Source: an uncultured Desulfarculus sp.
GTDB taxonomy: Bacteria; Desulfobacterota; Desulfarculia; Desulfarculales; Desulfarculaceae
Assembly (NCBI GenBank): GCA_963665125.2
Contig: CAXXUK010000001.1
Span: 3,136,001-3,200,000, forward strand
Length of the DNA: 64,000 nucleotides
Reading direction: 5' to 3'
Below are positions 9,516 to 19,238 of this stretch, one piece after another. Under the pieces are notes generated by a model. It saw only the letters and a list, made by a program, of their open reading frames with translations, had not been told where the DNA came from and did no database searches. A program made the position numbers and the translations under genes. Numbering within the stretch: position 1 is the stretch's first letter; each line of letters starts with the position of its first letter.

Positions 9516-11561
9516 ATGGTCAAAGATTTAGCGCGGATAGTGGCCAGACTGATCACCACCCAGGGCGGCCGTCCGCTGGCCGGGGTTGACGTGGGCGGCC
9601 AATTCCGGCCCGGCGCCCTGGAGGCCGACGAGGCGGTGATGTCCTTGAACGCCGCGTTTTTATTGGCCATGGCCGGGGACCACGGGGCCATGGACCACCT
9701 GCGCGCCACCGCCGACGACCCGGACCTGGGCGATGTGGCCAGGTTCCTGATGGGCGGCATGGCCGAGATCGCCGCCGAACTCAAGGCCTGCGCCGATTCG
9801 GGCATGCCTCTGGCCCGTGACCTGGCCGATTGCCGCGCCGCCCTGCAAAACCAGACCGAGCCCGGCCCCAAGGCGTTGGAAGCCTTGTGGAAGGTGTTTT
9901 TCCCCGAAGGGCTGGCCGCCCTGGGCGACCGGGCCGGGGCCGTGGGAAAGCTGCGCCAGGCCCGGCGGATCAAGCTGACCAGGCTCAACCCCGAACCAAT
10001 CGCCGATCCCCTGGGGCAGGTGCTGTTCAGCTCGAACATCCTGCTGGGCCCGCCCCTGCTAGGCGCAGATCTCTCCGGGCTGGCCCAGGACAACGCCTTC
10101 AAGCTGCGGCTCACGGAGGCCGCCGCCGAGCCCCAACTCTATTGGTATGACCATCCCATCCCCGTGGGCATCGCCCCGGAGAGCAACGAGATAATCCACG
10201 GACTGAAGGGCCTGGCCCAGGCGGCCGCTTTCGAGCGCCAGCGCCATCCCCAGTGGGGCGATGCGCCATTAAAGTGCGTGCTTTCAGTTTCCGTGACCCA
10301 CGCGGGCCTGCGCGGTCTGGCCCACCAATATCTAAATCAGGAACTCAGACAGGCCCAGGGTCTGGACGGCCTGGAGGTATATCTATTCACCGAAGCCGAC
10401 ACGGATAGGCTCAAGCAAGAGGTGATCTTCCCGGCCGTGGCCCGCTATTTCCCGGAAACCGGGGTGGACCACCTGGACGACGTGCTGGGCGTGGACGGCG
10501 AATACGGCCGTCATTACAGCTTTTTAAAGGCCGTCAGCGCCTGGTGGTCGGTGATGATCGACACTGGCGTCAAGGGCACCTTCAAGATCGACCTGGACCA
10601 GGTCTTCCCCCAGCGGGAGCTGGTTTCCCAGACCGGCCAAAGCGCCCTGGAGCACCTGTGCACGCCGCTTTGGGGCGCCACGGGCCGGGACAGCGGCGGC
10701 GAGGAAGTGGATCTGGGGCTGATTGCCGGAGCCCTGGTCAACCAAAAGGACATCGGCCGGGGCCTGTTCACGCCCGACGTGCCCTGGCCCGGCGGCCGGC
10801 CCTCGGGCGACCAGTGCCTGTTTTACAGCACCCTGCCCCAGGCCCTGTCCACCGAGGCCGAGATGATGACCCGCTACGACGGCGGAGTCTTTGACGGCAA
10901 GGGCTCTTGCATCCAACGCATCCACGTCACCGGCGGCACCAACGGCATCCTGGTTGACGCCCTGCGGCGGCACCGGCCCTTCACGCCCACGTTCATTGGC
11001 CGGGCCGAGGACCAGGCCTATATCATGAGCGTGCTCCACGGCGATGGCCCCAGCCTGCGTTATGCGCACAAGCCGGGGCTGATCATGCGCCACGACAAGG
11101 AGGCCCTGACCCCGGAGACCATCAAGGCGGCCAAAGTGGGCAAGATGATCGGCGACTACGTGCGCATCCTCTGGTTCAGCCAATACGGCCGGTCCTTGCC
11201 CTGGCCCCTGGAGGCGGTCAAAGCGGCCATTGATCCATTTACCGGCTGTTTTGTCTCCCGCCTGCCCCAGACCGTGGTGCACCTGCGTCTGGCCCTCAAG
11301 GCCGCCGCCATGCACGCCGCCGAAGACACGGCCCAGGCCGCCGAGTTGCTGCGCATGGGCGCAGAACGCCTGGCCAAAGTAATCTCCCTGCTGCGCAGCG
11401 ACCCTGATTTATTAAGGGGCAAGTACCAACGCGAGCGCAGCGCCTGGGGCCTGTTCTACGACGTGCTGGAGCGCCTGGAGCGGGGCCTGGCCCAGGGCGA
11501 CGCCTTTGCCGGGGAAATGGCCGCCCGTTCCAGGGCCCTGGCCGACGCCTGCCGGGTGTGA
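9516..11561 (+). CDS. Large hypothetical protein with GT-A glycosyltransferase-like motifs
   Basis: SD GGAGGG; host-like codon usage; DLD, GGTNG, RAED, RHDK motifs in GT-A order. Confidence 0.7.
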   Translation: MVKDLARIVARLITTQGGRPLAGVDVGGQFRPGALEADEAVMSLNAAFLLAMAGDHGAMDHLRATADDPDLGDVARFLMGGMAEIAAELKACADSGMPLARDLADCRAALQNQTEPGPKALEALWKVFFPEGLAALGDRAGAVGKLRQARRIKLTRLNPEPIADPLGQVLFSSNILLGPPLLGADLSGLAQDNAFKLRLTEAAAEPQLYWYDHPIPVGIAPESNEIIHGLKGLAQAAAFERQRHPQWGDAPLKCVLSVSVTHAGLRGLAHQYLNQELRQAQGLDGLEVYLFTEADTDRLKQEVIFPAVARYFPETGVDHLDDVLGVDGEYGRHYSFLKAVSAWWSVMIDTGVKGTFKIDLDQVFPQRELVSQTGQSALEHLCTPLWGATGRDSGGEEVDLGLIAGALVNQKDIGRGLFTPDVPWPGGRPSGDQCLFYSTLPQALSTEAEMMTRYDGGVFDGKGSCIQRIHVTGGTNGILVDALRRHRPFTPTFIGRAEDQAYIMSVLHGDGPSLRYAHKPGLIMRHDKEALTPETIKAAKVGKMIGDYVRILWFSQYGRSLPWPLEAVKAAIDPFTGCFVSRLPQTVVHLRLALKAAAMHAAEDTAQAAELLRMGAERLAKVISLLRSDPDLLRGKYQRERSAWGLFYDVLERLERGLAQGDAFAGEMAARSRALADACRV

Positions 11562-11661
11562 CGCAATCAAGTCTCTTGAACTGAATGGTTCGTCTGTGAT
11601 AAATCTTTTTCACGCTGGCCGAACGGCCGTTCTATATTACCGAAAGGATGGAGCTGTACTC

Positions 11662-12423
11662 ATGGGTGAGATCAAGTATGGCCTGAAGGATAAGGTGGCC
11701 CTGGTCACCGGCGGCAGCCGGGGCATCGGCCTGGGCCTGGCCAAGTTTTTAAGCGAAGAAGGCGCCAAGGTCATCATCTGCGGCCGCAAGGCCGAAGCCC
11801 TGGAGGCTGCGGCCAAGGAGTTGGGCGCAACGGCCATTGCCTGCCACATCGCCAAGGAAGACCAGGTCGAGGCCATGTTTGCCGAAATCAAGAATAAATT
11901 CGGCCGCCTGGACATCCTGCTCAATAACGTGGGCATGAACCTGATGACGCCCCAGGTGGCCGATCTGGACTATGGCCTGTGGACCAAGATCATGCAGAGC
12001 AACCTGGACGGCACCTTCCTGGTCAGCCGCAAGGCCGCGGGCCTGATGCGCGAACAGGGCAGCGGCAAGATCGTCAGCATCAGCTCCGTGGCCGCCCGCA
12101 TCTCCACCCCGGCCATGGGAATTTACGGCGTGGCCAAGGCGGCCATCGAGATGCTGACCAAGGTCCTGGCAACCGAGCTGGCCGCCAGCAACGTGCAGGT
12201 CAACGCCGTGGCCCCGGCCATGGTCAAGACCGACTTCAGCGCGCCGTTCTGGGGCAACGACGACCTGCGGGGCAAGATCGAGGCCACCATCCCCCTGGGC
12301 CGCATCGCCGAGGTGGAAGACGTGGTCCATCCTGCCCTGTTCCTGTGCTCCGACGGGGCCAAGTTCATCACCGGTCAGACCATCATCGTCGACGGCGGCA
12401 GCACGGTGATGCAGCCCTTGTAA
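11662..12423 (+). CDS. SDR family oxidoreductase
   Basis: TGGSRGIG, NNVG, YGVAK (YxxxK), VNAVAP, VDGG. Confidence 0.93.
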   Translation: MGEIKYGLKDKVALVTGGSRGIGLGLAKFLSEEGAKVIICGRKAEALEAAAKELGATAIACHIAKEDQVEAMFAEIKNKFGRLDILLNNVGMNLMTPQVADLDYGLWTKIMQSNLDGTFLVSRKAAGLMREQGSGKIVSISSVAARISTPAMGIYGVAKAAIEMLTKVLATELAASNVQVNAVAPAMVKTDFSAPFWGNDDLRGKIEATIPLGRIAEVEDVVHPALFLCSDGAKFITGQTIIVDGGSTVMQPL

Positions 12424-12442
12424 AGACAAGACTTGTTTGAAA

Positions 12443-12479
12443 GGCCCCTGGTGCGGACATGCACCGGGGGTTTTGTTTT
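12443..12479. terminator. Intrinsic terminator between convergent genes
   Basis: cccctggtgc...gcaccggggg hairpin plus ttttgtttt. Confidence 0.65.
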
Positions 12480-13572
12480 ATAGCTGATGCACGGATCCGG
12501 GATTGACGGCCATCAAGGTCTCCAGGTCGTCAATAAGGTTTTCGAGAAGCTGTTGGCCGGTCAGGCCGCCGGTATAGTCCTGGCTTGAAGATACGCCGGA
12601 CCACAGGCTGGCCAGCCCCTGCAGGTATGAGGAATTGTTTTGGATGTTCGCGGTGTATTCCTCCAGGATCCGCATCACCCCGCCGTCGCCCTCGAGGGCC
12701 TCGTCAAGATCATCCTGCAGGCTCTGCGCCTCGGCGATTATCTCTTCCAGTTCAGCCAACTCCGCGTAGGTGGCCACGGCCCCGGCCTCTTCATAAACCT
12801 GGGCCAGCTGTATCTCCAGTTCGGCGAGTTCGCCGGTTTCGTCTTCAGCGCCGCCCAGTGCTTCCAGTAATTGCTCGATCTCGTCTTCCAGCTCATCGGC
12901 CTGGGCTTGCAGTTCCGGATCGGCGGCCAAACGGTCCTCGATATCTTGGTTTATTGCATCGGCCCGCGCCATCAACTCATCCAGAGCCGCGGTCAATGAA
13001 TTGATTTCGTTCCTGTCAATGCCGTACAGCTTGTCCAGCCTTGCCTGCAGGGCGTCCAGCTCTTTTTGTTCCGCCTTGGTGGGGTACAGACCGGCCTCCT
13101 CGTACAGGGCCGTAAGTTGCTCGTTCAATTCCGTGAGAGCTTCCTCTTCCTCAACGCTAAGGTATGAGCCCGCCGCTTCCACCGCATCCGCGAGTTCAGC
13201 TTCCAGCTCTTCGATTTGCTCCTGCAAATCATCAGGAATGATATTGGCCCTTTGGTTGATCTGTTGCCAGATCGAATCGACTTCCTCGAGCAGTTCGCTC
13301 TCCTCGCGGCTCAGGGCCGCCACCAGGGAGGTTGTCATCTTGGTCAGCATAAAGCTGTCCGTGTCGAACAGGTCCGACGTGGAACTGTCGCTTTGATCCC
13401 ACACGCCGGAGCCGGAAAGCAGGCTGGACAGCTTGACGCCGATGCCCGAAAGGTCGGAACTGTCTGAAAGCAGTGACGACAAGGTCGGGGTGCCGGTGCT
13501 GGAGGTGCTGGTACTGGTGGTTGAAGAGCTGTAGTAGCTGAGCAGGCTCTGGGAATTGATGGAATTAATCAC
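12478..13572 (-). CDS. Acidic coiled-coil protein with Ser/Thr-rich N-terminus and internal repeat
   Basis: GTG start after GGAGG; E/L/A-rich helices; duplicated L.EL..QL...YEEAG...T.AE..EL unit. Confidence 0.7.
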   Translation of the reverse strand: MINSINSQSLLSYYSSSTTSTSTSSTGTPTLSSLLSDSSDLSGIGVKLSSLLSGSGVWDQSDSSTSDLFDTDSFMLTKMTTSLVAALSREESELLEEVDSIWQQINQRANIIPDDLQEQIEELEAELADAVEAAGSYLSVEEEEALTELNEQLTALYEEAGLYPTKAEQKELDALQARLDKLYGIDRNEINSLTAALDELMARADAINQDIEDRLAADPELQAQADELEDEIEQLLEALGGAEDETGELAELEIQLAQVYEEAGAVATYAELAELEEIIAEAQSLQDDLDEALEGDGGVMRILEEYTANIQNNSSYLQGLASLWSGVSSSQDYTGGLTGQQLLENLIDDLETLMAVNPGSVHQL

Positions 13573-13630
13573 CCGGACCTCCAATCCAAGGTTCGTGATA
13601 GCCAAAATTACGCAAAATTGCCCCAATCAA

Positions 13631-13648
13631 TTGCAAAACATATGCCTT
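13631..13648 (-). promoter_or_regulatory. Putative sigma54 (-24/-12) promoter
   Basis: Minus strand AAGGCATATGTTTTGCAA = GG-N10-GC with TTGC, ~60 nt upstream of start. Confidence 0.5.
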
Positions 13649-13779
13649 TCAGGCGCATCGGCCCAACCATTGAAAATCAATAGATAAAGCCGATTCAGGC
13701 ACCAAAGGGCAGGCAGGCAAGGCATGCATGGTGCTGCAAAATTTGCCTTCTGGGGGTGTTTTTTTGCTATGTTCCGGTC

Positions 13780-14343
13780 ATGGACGAAGCACTCAAAGCC
13801 AAGGTGGCGCGCGTGGTGGCCGAGGAGGTTGAGCTGGCCCCCTATGACCCTGCCTGGCCGGAGATGTTCCGGGCTGAGAAGAACCATCTGCGCTCCTGCC
13901 TACCCGGCGATGTCATCGGCCGCATCGAGCATTTCGGTTCCACGGCCGTGCCGGGGCTCATGGCCAAACCGATCATCGACATGCTGGTGGAGACGCCCAG
14001 CCTGGAAAAGGCCCGCCAGGTCATTCCGCCGATCCTGGAAGCCCAGGGCTATGATTATTTCTGGCGGCCCACCTGGGGCGATGACGTCGGCCCGTTTTAC
14101 TGCTGGTTCATCAAGCGTGACACCGCGGGCAACCGCACCCACCACATCCATGTTGTCGAGCCCCATTTCGAGCACTGGCGGCGGCTCCAGTTCCGGGATT
14201 ATCTGACAAACCATCCCGCGACGGCCCGGGCCTACGCGGCCTTGAAAAGAAAATTGGCCGCGGATCACAAGGCCGATCGGGTGGCCTACACCCAAGCCAA
14301 GGGCCAATTCATCCGCCGGGTCATGAACAAGTCGGCCGGGTGA
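13780..14343 (+). CDS. GrpB family protein
   Basis: YDPAWP, IEHFGSTAVPGL.AKPIID, FRDYL, Y..AK motifs. Confidence 0.9.
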   Translation: MDEALKAKVARVVAEEVELAPYDPAWPEMFRAEKNHLRSCLPGDVIGRIEHFGSTAVPGLMAKPIIDMLVETPSLEKARQVIPPILEAQGYDYFWRPTWGDDVGPFYCWFIKRDTAGNRTHHIHVVEPHFEHWRRLQFRDYLTNHPATARAYAALKRKLAADHKADRVAYTQAKGQFIRRVMNKSAG

Positions 14344-14486
14344 TTCAGCGGAACACACGCCAAAAAAATCACACCCTGGGAAAAACGTGCCAGATGTCTT
14401 CGCCGAAGCTGAACCTAAAATTGCCATTTCCCCCGGATTCGTGATAGATGTGTATGCTATCTCCTTACTAACGAGGTAATGGGCGG

Positions 14487-15821
14487 ATGCGGCTAACCCT
14501 GTGGCTGTGGACATTGCTTACCGGCTCGCGCTTCAAGGCCATGCGCCACGAAGGCTACAGGTATATGCGCAACGAGATGCCCAACGAGGCCCTGGACGCA
14601 TTTCGGGCCTTGGTCAAGGGATGGCCCGACCAGCCCGACGGCTACATGGGCATGTCCGAGGTCTACGTTAAGATGGGCCTGCGTCTGGAGGCCGTCCGGG
14701 AAAAAACCATCGGCCAGGGCCTGGCCAAGCTGGCCGGCCAGCCAGACGATGTCACGACCCGCATGGAGGTGGCCGAGGCCCTGCTGGAAAAGGACATGCC
14801 GGATTGGGCCGCTTCGCACATTGAGATCGCCCGCAAGAAAAGGCCAGAAGACCCGTATATCCTGCGCCTGGCCGCCAGGGCCCATCGCCGCAACAACAAC
14901 CACCGCAAGGCCGTGGGCGCCCTGCGCGAGGCTCTGCGCCTGAATCCCTTGGACGCCGAACTCTATGACAATCTCACCGCAAGCCTGCGGGCCGTGGGTC
15001 AACACACCGAGGCTGCCCGCATAGGCTCATTGGGCGAGGCCCTGACAAACCTTAACGGCGACCCCACCAACTCTTTGAATATAACCGCGGCCGTGCGCCA
15101 ATTCATGACCGCGGGCTATCTGCGCTTGGCTCTGGAGATCGTGGACCGCTGCATCGTACAGGGCGCAGACGACGCCAAGGTCCATCTGCTCAGGGCCAGC
15201 CTGATGCTCGAAGACCGGGACCCCAAAGAGGCCCTGGCCTCATTGGCCAAAGCGGTGGAACGCGACCCCCTGAACATCGAGGTTCACAGGCTGCTGGCCG
15301 AGGTCAACCAGATCACCGGCAATACCAAACGGGCCGACTATCACCGGGAAGTCGTAAAGACCTTGGTCCAGGCCAATCTGGCCAAGGAACCCGCCGCAGC
15401 GGCCATTCTTCACATAGAGGTCCTGCTGGGCCTGGAGCAGATCGACAGGGCCGAGGCAATCGCCCAGCGGATGGCCAAAACCCAGCCTGACAATTGGCGC
15501 ACGTTCCTGGCCGGGGGCATGGTGGCCCGGCACAAGGGCGACCTCAAACAAGCCTTGACGCTGGTCAAGAAGGCCCTGGAGCGCAACAGCACCAATCCCG
15601 CCGCCCATCTTGAAATGGCCTATATCCACTCGGCCGCCGGAGCAAAACTCGAGGCAGTGGGCAAGGCCCGCGACGCCGTGAAAATGGCCCCCCGCGATGC
15701 CGATATCAGGCGCAAGGTCGCGGCTGTCATGCGCAAACACGGCTTCATGGACATGGCCATCGAGGAAGAGGAACTGGCCGATTCCCTGGAAAAGGGCAAG
15801 AGCAAAGAGGACAAAGATTAG
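14487..15821 (+). CDS. Tetratricopeptide repeat protein
   Basis: Repeated helical units (ALRLNPLD, AVERDPLN, AVKMAPRD); SD GAGG. Confidence 0.8.
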   Translation: MRLTLWLWTLLTGSRFKAMRHEGYRYMRNEMPNEALDAFRALVKGWPDQPDGYMGMSEVYVKMGLRLEAVREKTIGQGLAKLAGQPDDVTTRMEVAEALLEKDMPDWAASHIEIARKKRPEDPYILRLAARAHRRNNNHRKAVGALREALRLNPLDAELYDNLTASLRAVGQHTEAARIGSLGEALTNLNGDPTNSLNITAAVRQFMTAGYLRLALEIVDRCIVQGADDAKVHLLRASLMLEDRDPKEALASLAKAVERDPLNIEVHRLLAEVNQITGNTKRADYHREVVKTLVQANLAKEPAAAAILHIEVLLGLEQIDRAEAIAQRMAKTQPDNWRTFLAGGMVARHKGDLKQALTLVKKALERNSTNPAAHLEMAYIHSAAGAKLEAVGKARDAVKMAPRDADIRRKVAAVMRKHGFMDMAIEEEELADSLEKGKSKEDKD

Positions 15822-16265
15822 TTCTTCCGGCCTGAGGGTCAACCGGGTTGGGAAGTTTGCATCTCCACCGGGACCGGATTGGTTATTGATGGCAAGGACG
15901 GCCGTCGACATCCCGGAGCCGAACGCGGTATTTGGTTGTTATTAGTGGCTTAGCCGAGGCACCAGAGTATGGCCGAAGACGAGCCCAAAGACCAAAAAAA
16001 CACTAGACAAACAACGATCTTTTAGTTTACACATAATTCGGCGGCGCCGCCAAGCCATGGGCTGCGCCGCCGACAGCCGTTTGTAAGCGGCTGCCCGATT
16101 CGAGGGAAAGCCAAGTCCGCTTCATCCCGCCCGGCCTAGCGCGAGCCGGCGTCTCAATTTTTCATCACCACAATTTAAACCGTCTTGGCCGTATGCGCGG
16201 GTATTCACTCAGCAAGCCTCCGCAGACGTTCAAGACCGCCCGACCATTCAAACAAGGGGGGAAAA

Positions 16266-16715
16266 ATGGGCAAAAACAGCGTATTGAGTTTGAGCGGCTG
16301 CTTCATGTTGGCCGTGGTGTTGGTCTGCGCCGGTTGCGGCGGCCGTCAGCCAAACCCGGTGCAGCAGTACCAGTTCGGCGACAACCAGAAATCGTGCGAA
16401 CACTTGCAGTGCGAAATCTCCGATTTGCAGGGCCAGATGACTTGCAAGATCGGGGACTGCGACAACACCACGGGCAAGAACGTGGCCCTGGGCGTCACCG
16501 GGGCCATCTTATTCTTCCCGGCATTGTTCTTCATGGATCTGAGCGACGCCGACCAGATCGAACTGGAGGCCATGCGCAACCGTTACAACGCCCTTGTGCG
16601 CATCTGTCAGGACAAAAACTGCGGCTTTGACTATGAGCAGATCGCCCAGGCCAAGCCCGAAGAGACGGTCCAGGGCACCTCGGACTTTGACGATCTTTCC
16701 GGCGGCGGCAAGTAA
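16266..16715 (+). CDS. Hypothetical Cys-rich lipoprotein
   Basis: Lipobox-like CAG-C; internal hydrophobic segment; G-rich SD. Confidence 0.7.
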   Translation: MGKNSVLSLSGCFMLAVVLVCAGCGGRQPNPVQQYQFGDNQKSCEHLQCEISDLQGQMTCKIGDCDNTTGKNVALGVTGAILFFPALFFMDLSDADQIELEAMRNRYNALVRICQDKNCGFDYEQIAQAKPEETVQGTSDFDDLSGGGK

Positions 16716-16725
16716 ACAAAGGAAC

Positions 16726-16754
16726 GGGAGCGCTCCGGCAACCGGGGCGCTCCC
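16726..16754. terminator. Hairpin between convergent genes
   Basis: gggagcgctccgg-caa-ccggggcgctccc. Confidence 0.6.
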
Positions 16755-16787
16755 ATGTTGTTCAGCACAATAACTTATGAAACCAGC

Positions 16788-17609
16788 CTACAGATAGAGC
16801 CTGCCTTGTTTGGCTTTCAGCGTGTCCGGCGTCTCGTTGTCCATGCTCATCTTTTTGTTGAAGAAATCGCTCATGTCATTGATATGCAAGGCATCATCCG
16901 GGCAGATCTGCACGCAGCGCAGACAGCAGATGCAGGCCTTTGCGTCGGCCACGCCCTTTTCGGCGTCCATGGCCCCTGACGGGCATTCCTCCTGGCACAG
17001 CATGCACATCTGGCAGTCCTGGCCGTCCCTGGTGGGATGTTTGCTCATCATCATATGCCGGAAGGACTCGAACTGATCCAACTGATCCGCGCTGTAGGGG
17101 CCGGGATCCAGTTCTTGGACGACGGCGGCGTCTTCGCCGCTGAAGCGCTTGCATATGGCTTCGGCGTACTCACCCGCCAAATCAAGCTCCATCGACCCGG
17201 GCCTGTCGGTCATGGCCTGCCACCCGCCCAGATTGAAGGTGTGCTTGCCCGGAAAATCCGCCGAAGCCACCACCACGAAGCCGCTGTCGCGCAAAATCGC
17301 CGCCGTTGTGGAGTGGGTGGGGTGGATCTGAAACCCGCCGTAAGTAAAAAACATGGCGCATTTTTTACCCTGGCCGTCCAGGGTGGCCAGCCAATCCCGG
17401 ACCAAACGCGGTGCGCGCATGGAGTGAATTGGAGCCCCGAATACGGCGGCGTCGTATTCATCCATCGAAACCGGCGTCTCGCGGCCACCAGGCGCGGTGA
17501 TATCCCGGCCATGGACGGTGGCGCCCAATCGGGCCAGGCGTTCAGAGATGGCCCCGGCGATCTTGGCCGTGTTTCCCGTGGCGCTGAAACTGCAAACTAA
17601 GATTTTCAT
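16788..17609 (-). CDS. EFR1-type flavodoxin-ferredoxin fusion
   Basis: FSATGNT flavodoxin loop; two CxxCxxCxxxCP [4Fe-4S] motifs. Confidence 0.9.
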   Translation of the reverse strand: MKILVCSFSATGNTAKIAGAISERLARLGATVHGRDITAPGGRETPVSMDEYDAAVFGAPIHSMRAPRLVRDWLATLDGQGKKCAMFFTYGGFQIHPTHSTTAAILRDSGFVVVASADFPGKHTFNLGGWQAMTDRPGSMELDLAGEYAEAICKRFSGEDAAVVQELDPGPYSADQLDQFESFRHMMMSKHPTRDGQDCQMCMLCQEECPSGAMDAEKGVADAKACICCLRCVQICPDDALHINDMSDFFNKKMSMDNETPDTLKAKQGRLYL

Positions 17610-17810
17610 GACGGTTCCTATCCGCCGAGAGGTTCGTCATCATCGTAGCATCTTAAATACCGGGGTTCCAGACCCGAAATCAGACAAAAAGCGCAACAAA
17701 ATTGCATTCATTGCCGCCAATGATTGCTGAAAAAGCCCATCCGATTGATTATCATATTGATAGGGAAACTTATTATTGGTAGACCCTTGGCTCACAAAAA
17801 GGAAGACGCT

Positions 17811-17945
17811 ATGGAAGCCTCTTGGATGATTTATTTATATGTTTCAGTGCCTTTTGGCGTCTTGCTGCTGATCGCCCACATCCTTGCAACCCGCAGCCTG
17901 AAGCGGCAGGAAGAGGCCGTTCAGAGGGCCCGCAGAGGCGAATAG
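17811..17945 (+). CDS. Small single-TM protein (44 aa)
   Basis: AAGGAAG SD; one hydrophobic helix followed by charged tail. Confidence 0.5.
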   Translation: MEASWMIYLYVSVPFGVLLLIAHILATRSLKRQEEAVQRARRGE

Positions 17946-17966
17946 CCTCGGCCGGAGTTGAAACCC

Positions 17967-18440
17967 TCAGCGGGTGCGTATGGCTATCACGCGCCCGCGT
18001 ACCGTAGTGTGGCCATCGGCCCGCACTTCGCACTCCACCACTGATTTGCGGCCGTTTTTATCGGTGACCCTGGCCGTTAGTTCCAAGTCCGGGCCCATGG
18101 GCGTGGGCAAGATGTAGTCCAGATTCAGGTTGGCCGTGACAAAGGCTATGGCCGGGCCCGCGCCGGGGGTGCGGCCCTCCGTTTCATAGGCCTCGGCCAC
18201 TGCCGTGCCTATGCAGTGGCAATCCACCACGCAGGCTAAAAGGCCTCCGTAGACAATACCGGGATAGCCCACCTGCTCCGGCGGCGGCGAAAAACGACAG
18301 ACGCCCTCGGAACCGTTCCAATGGGTGCGGATGCCCATTTCATGGGGATTGGCGTGGCCGCAACCGTAACACACAGCCAGTTCCGCCGGGGTGTGTTCCT
18401 GGATGGGGACATCATGTTGATTGGGGGCGGGGTTGGTCAT
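17967..18440 (-). CDS. PaaI/hotdog-fold thioesterase
   Basis: CYGCG..NP, GYPGIVYGG...DCH, VTANLNLDY..PTP. Confidence 0.88.
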   Translation of the reverse strand: MTNPAPNQHDVPIQEHTPAELAVCYGCGHANPHEMGIRTHWNGSEGVCRFSPPPEQVGYPGIVYGGLLACVVDCHCIGTAVAEAYETEGRTPGAGPAIAFVTANLNLDYILPTPMGPDLELTARVTDKNGRKSVVECEVRADGHTTVRGRVIAIRTR

Positions 18441-18987
18441 CGCTGGTGCTCCATGCAAAGTTGCCGATATCTATGGGGCCGTTGTTTTCCAGTTCCCTCG
18501 CCAGCCGGGGCAGCCAAGCCACCTCGGGCAGGCTGTGGCCATATCTGGCCAAGCCGTCGGCCGCCTTGGCCGCCAGGCTCGCCGCCGGGCCAAAGGCGCC
18601 TCGCCGGGCATGAATACAGCTGCCAACCGCCTGAACCAGGGCCTTGAAGGCCAGGCGGCGGTCGCCCTCGGCGCTTTGCCAGGCCCGTTCCAGGGCCTCG
18701 TGGGCCTCGAAAAAAAGGCCCCAGCGCCAAAGATCAAGGCCCAGATCAAGGGGCGAGGCTTGGGCGGCGGCGGGGTTGTTTTCGGCGAACCGGCGATAGA
18801 TATCCATCTGCCCCTCAACCCACTGCCGGTGGCTTTGGGGCAGCGATTTCATTTCCAGCCGGGCCAGGGCCAGGCCCGCCGGATCCGGATCGCCGTCCAT
18901 CAGGCCGTGGACGAACCAATGGCCCATGGTGTTGCGTATGTCCCGAGCCAGGCGCTGGGAATATGGATCAAATTCCGTTTGAGTCAA
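18412..18987 (-). CDS. DUF309 domain protein
   Basis: FFEAHEALE..W and LVQAV...H motifs. Confidence 0.8.
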   Translation of the reverse strand: MTQTEFDPYSQRLARDIRNTMGHWFVHGLMDGDPDPAGLALARLEMKSLPQSHRQWVEGQMDIYRRFAENNPAAAQASPLDLGLDLWRWGLFFEAHEALERAWQSAEGDRRLAFKALVQAVGSCIHARRGAFGPAASLAAKAADGLARYGHSLPEVAWLPRLARELENNGPIDIGNFAWSTSDDQPRPQST

Positions 18988-19238
18988 CTGCTGCGGCCCC
19001 GGCTAAAGTGATTATTTTCACCAATAGCCCGGCGGAGCTTATGGTGGTAGACGCGCGGCCCAAGCCATGTTAGAAGGATAACAAGTAACAAGCGGCTTTC
19101 AAGCCGATATGTTTTTTCGTGACTCAGGCGGCCTAGCGGGGCCGCAAATAACGCCAAGCGCCCGGCTGGCCTGGAGGGGGCCGCTCGTCTATTTGTTGTG
19201 CGAGCACAGGCGGGACGATAAGCGAGGGAGGTTTTCAA

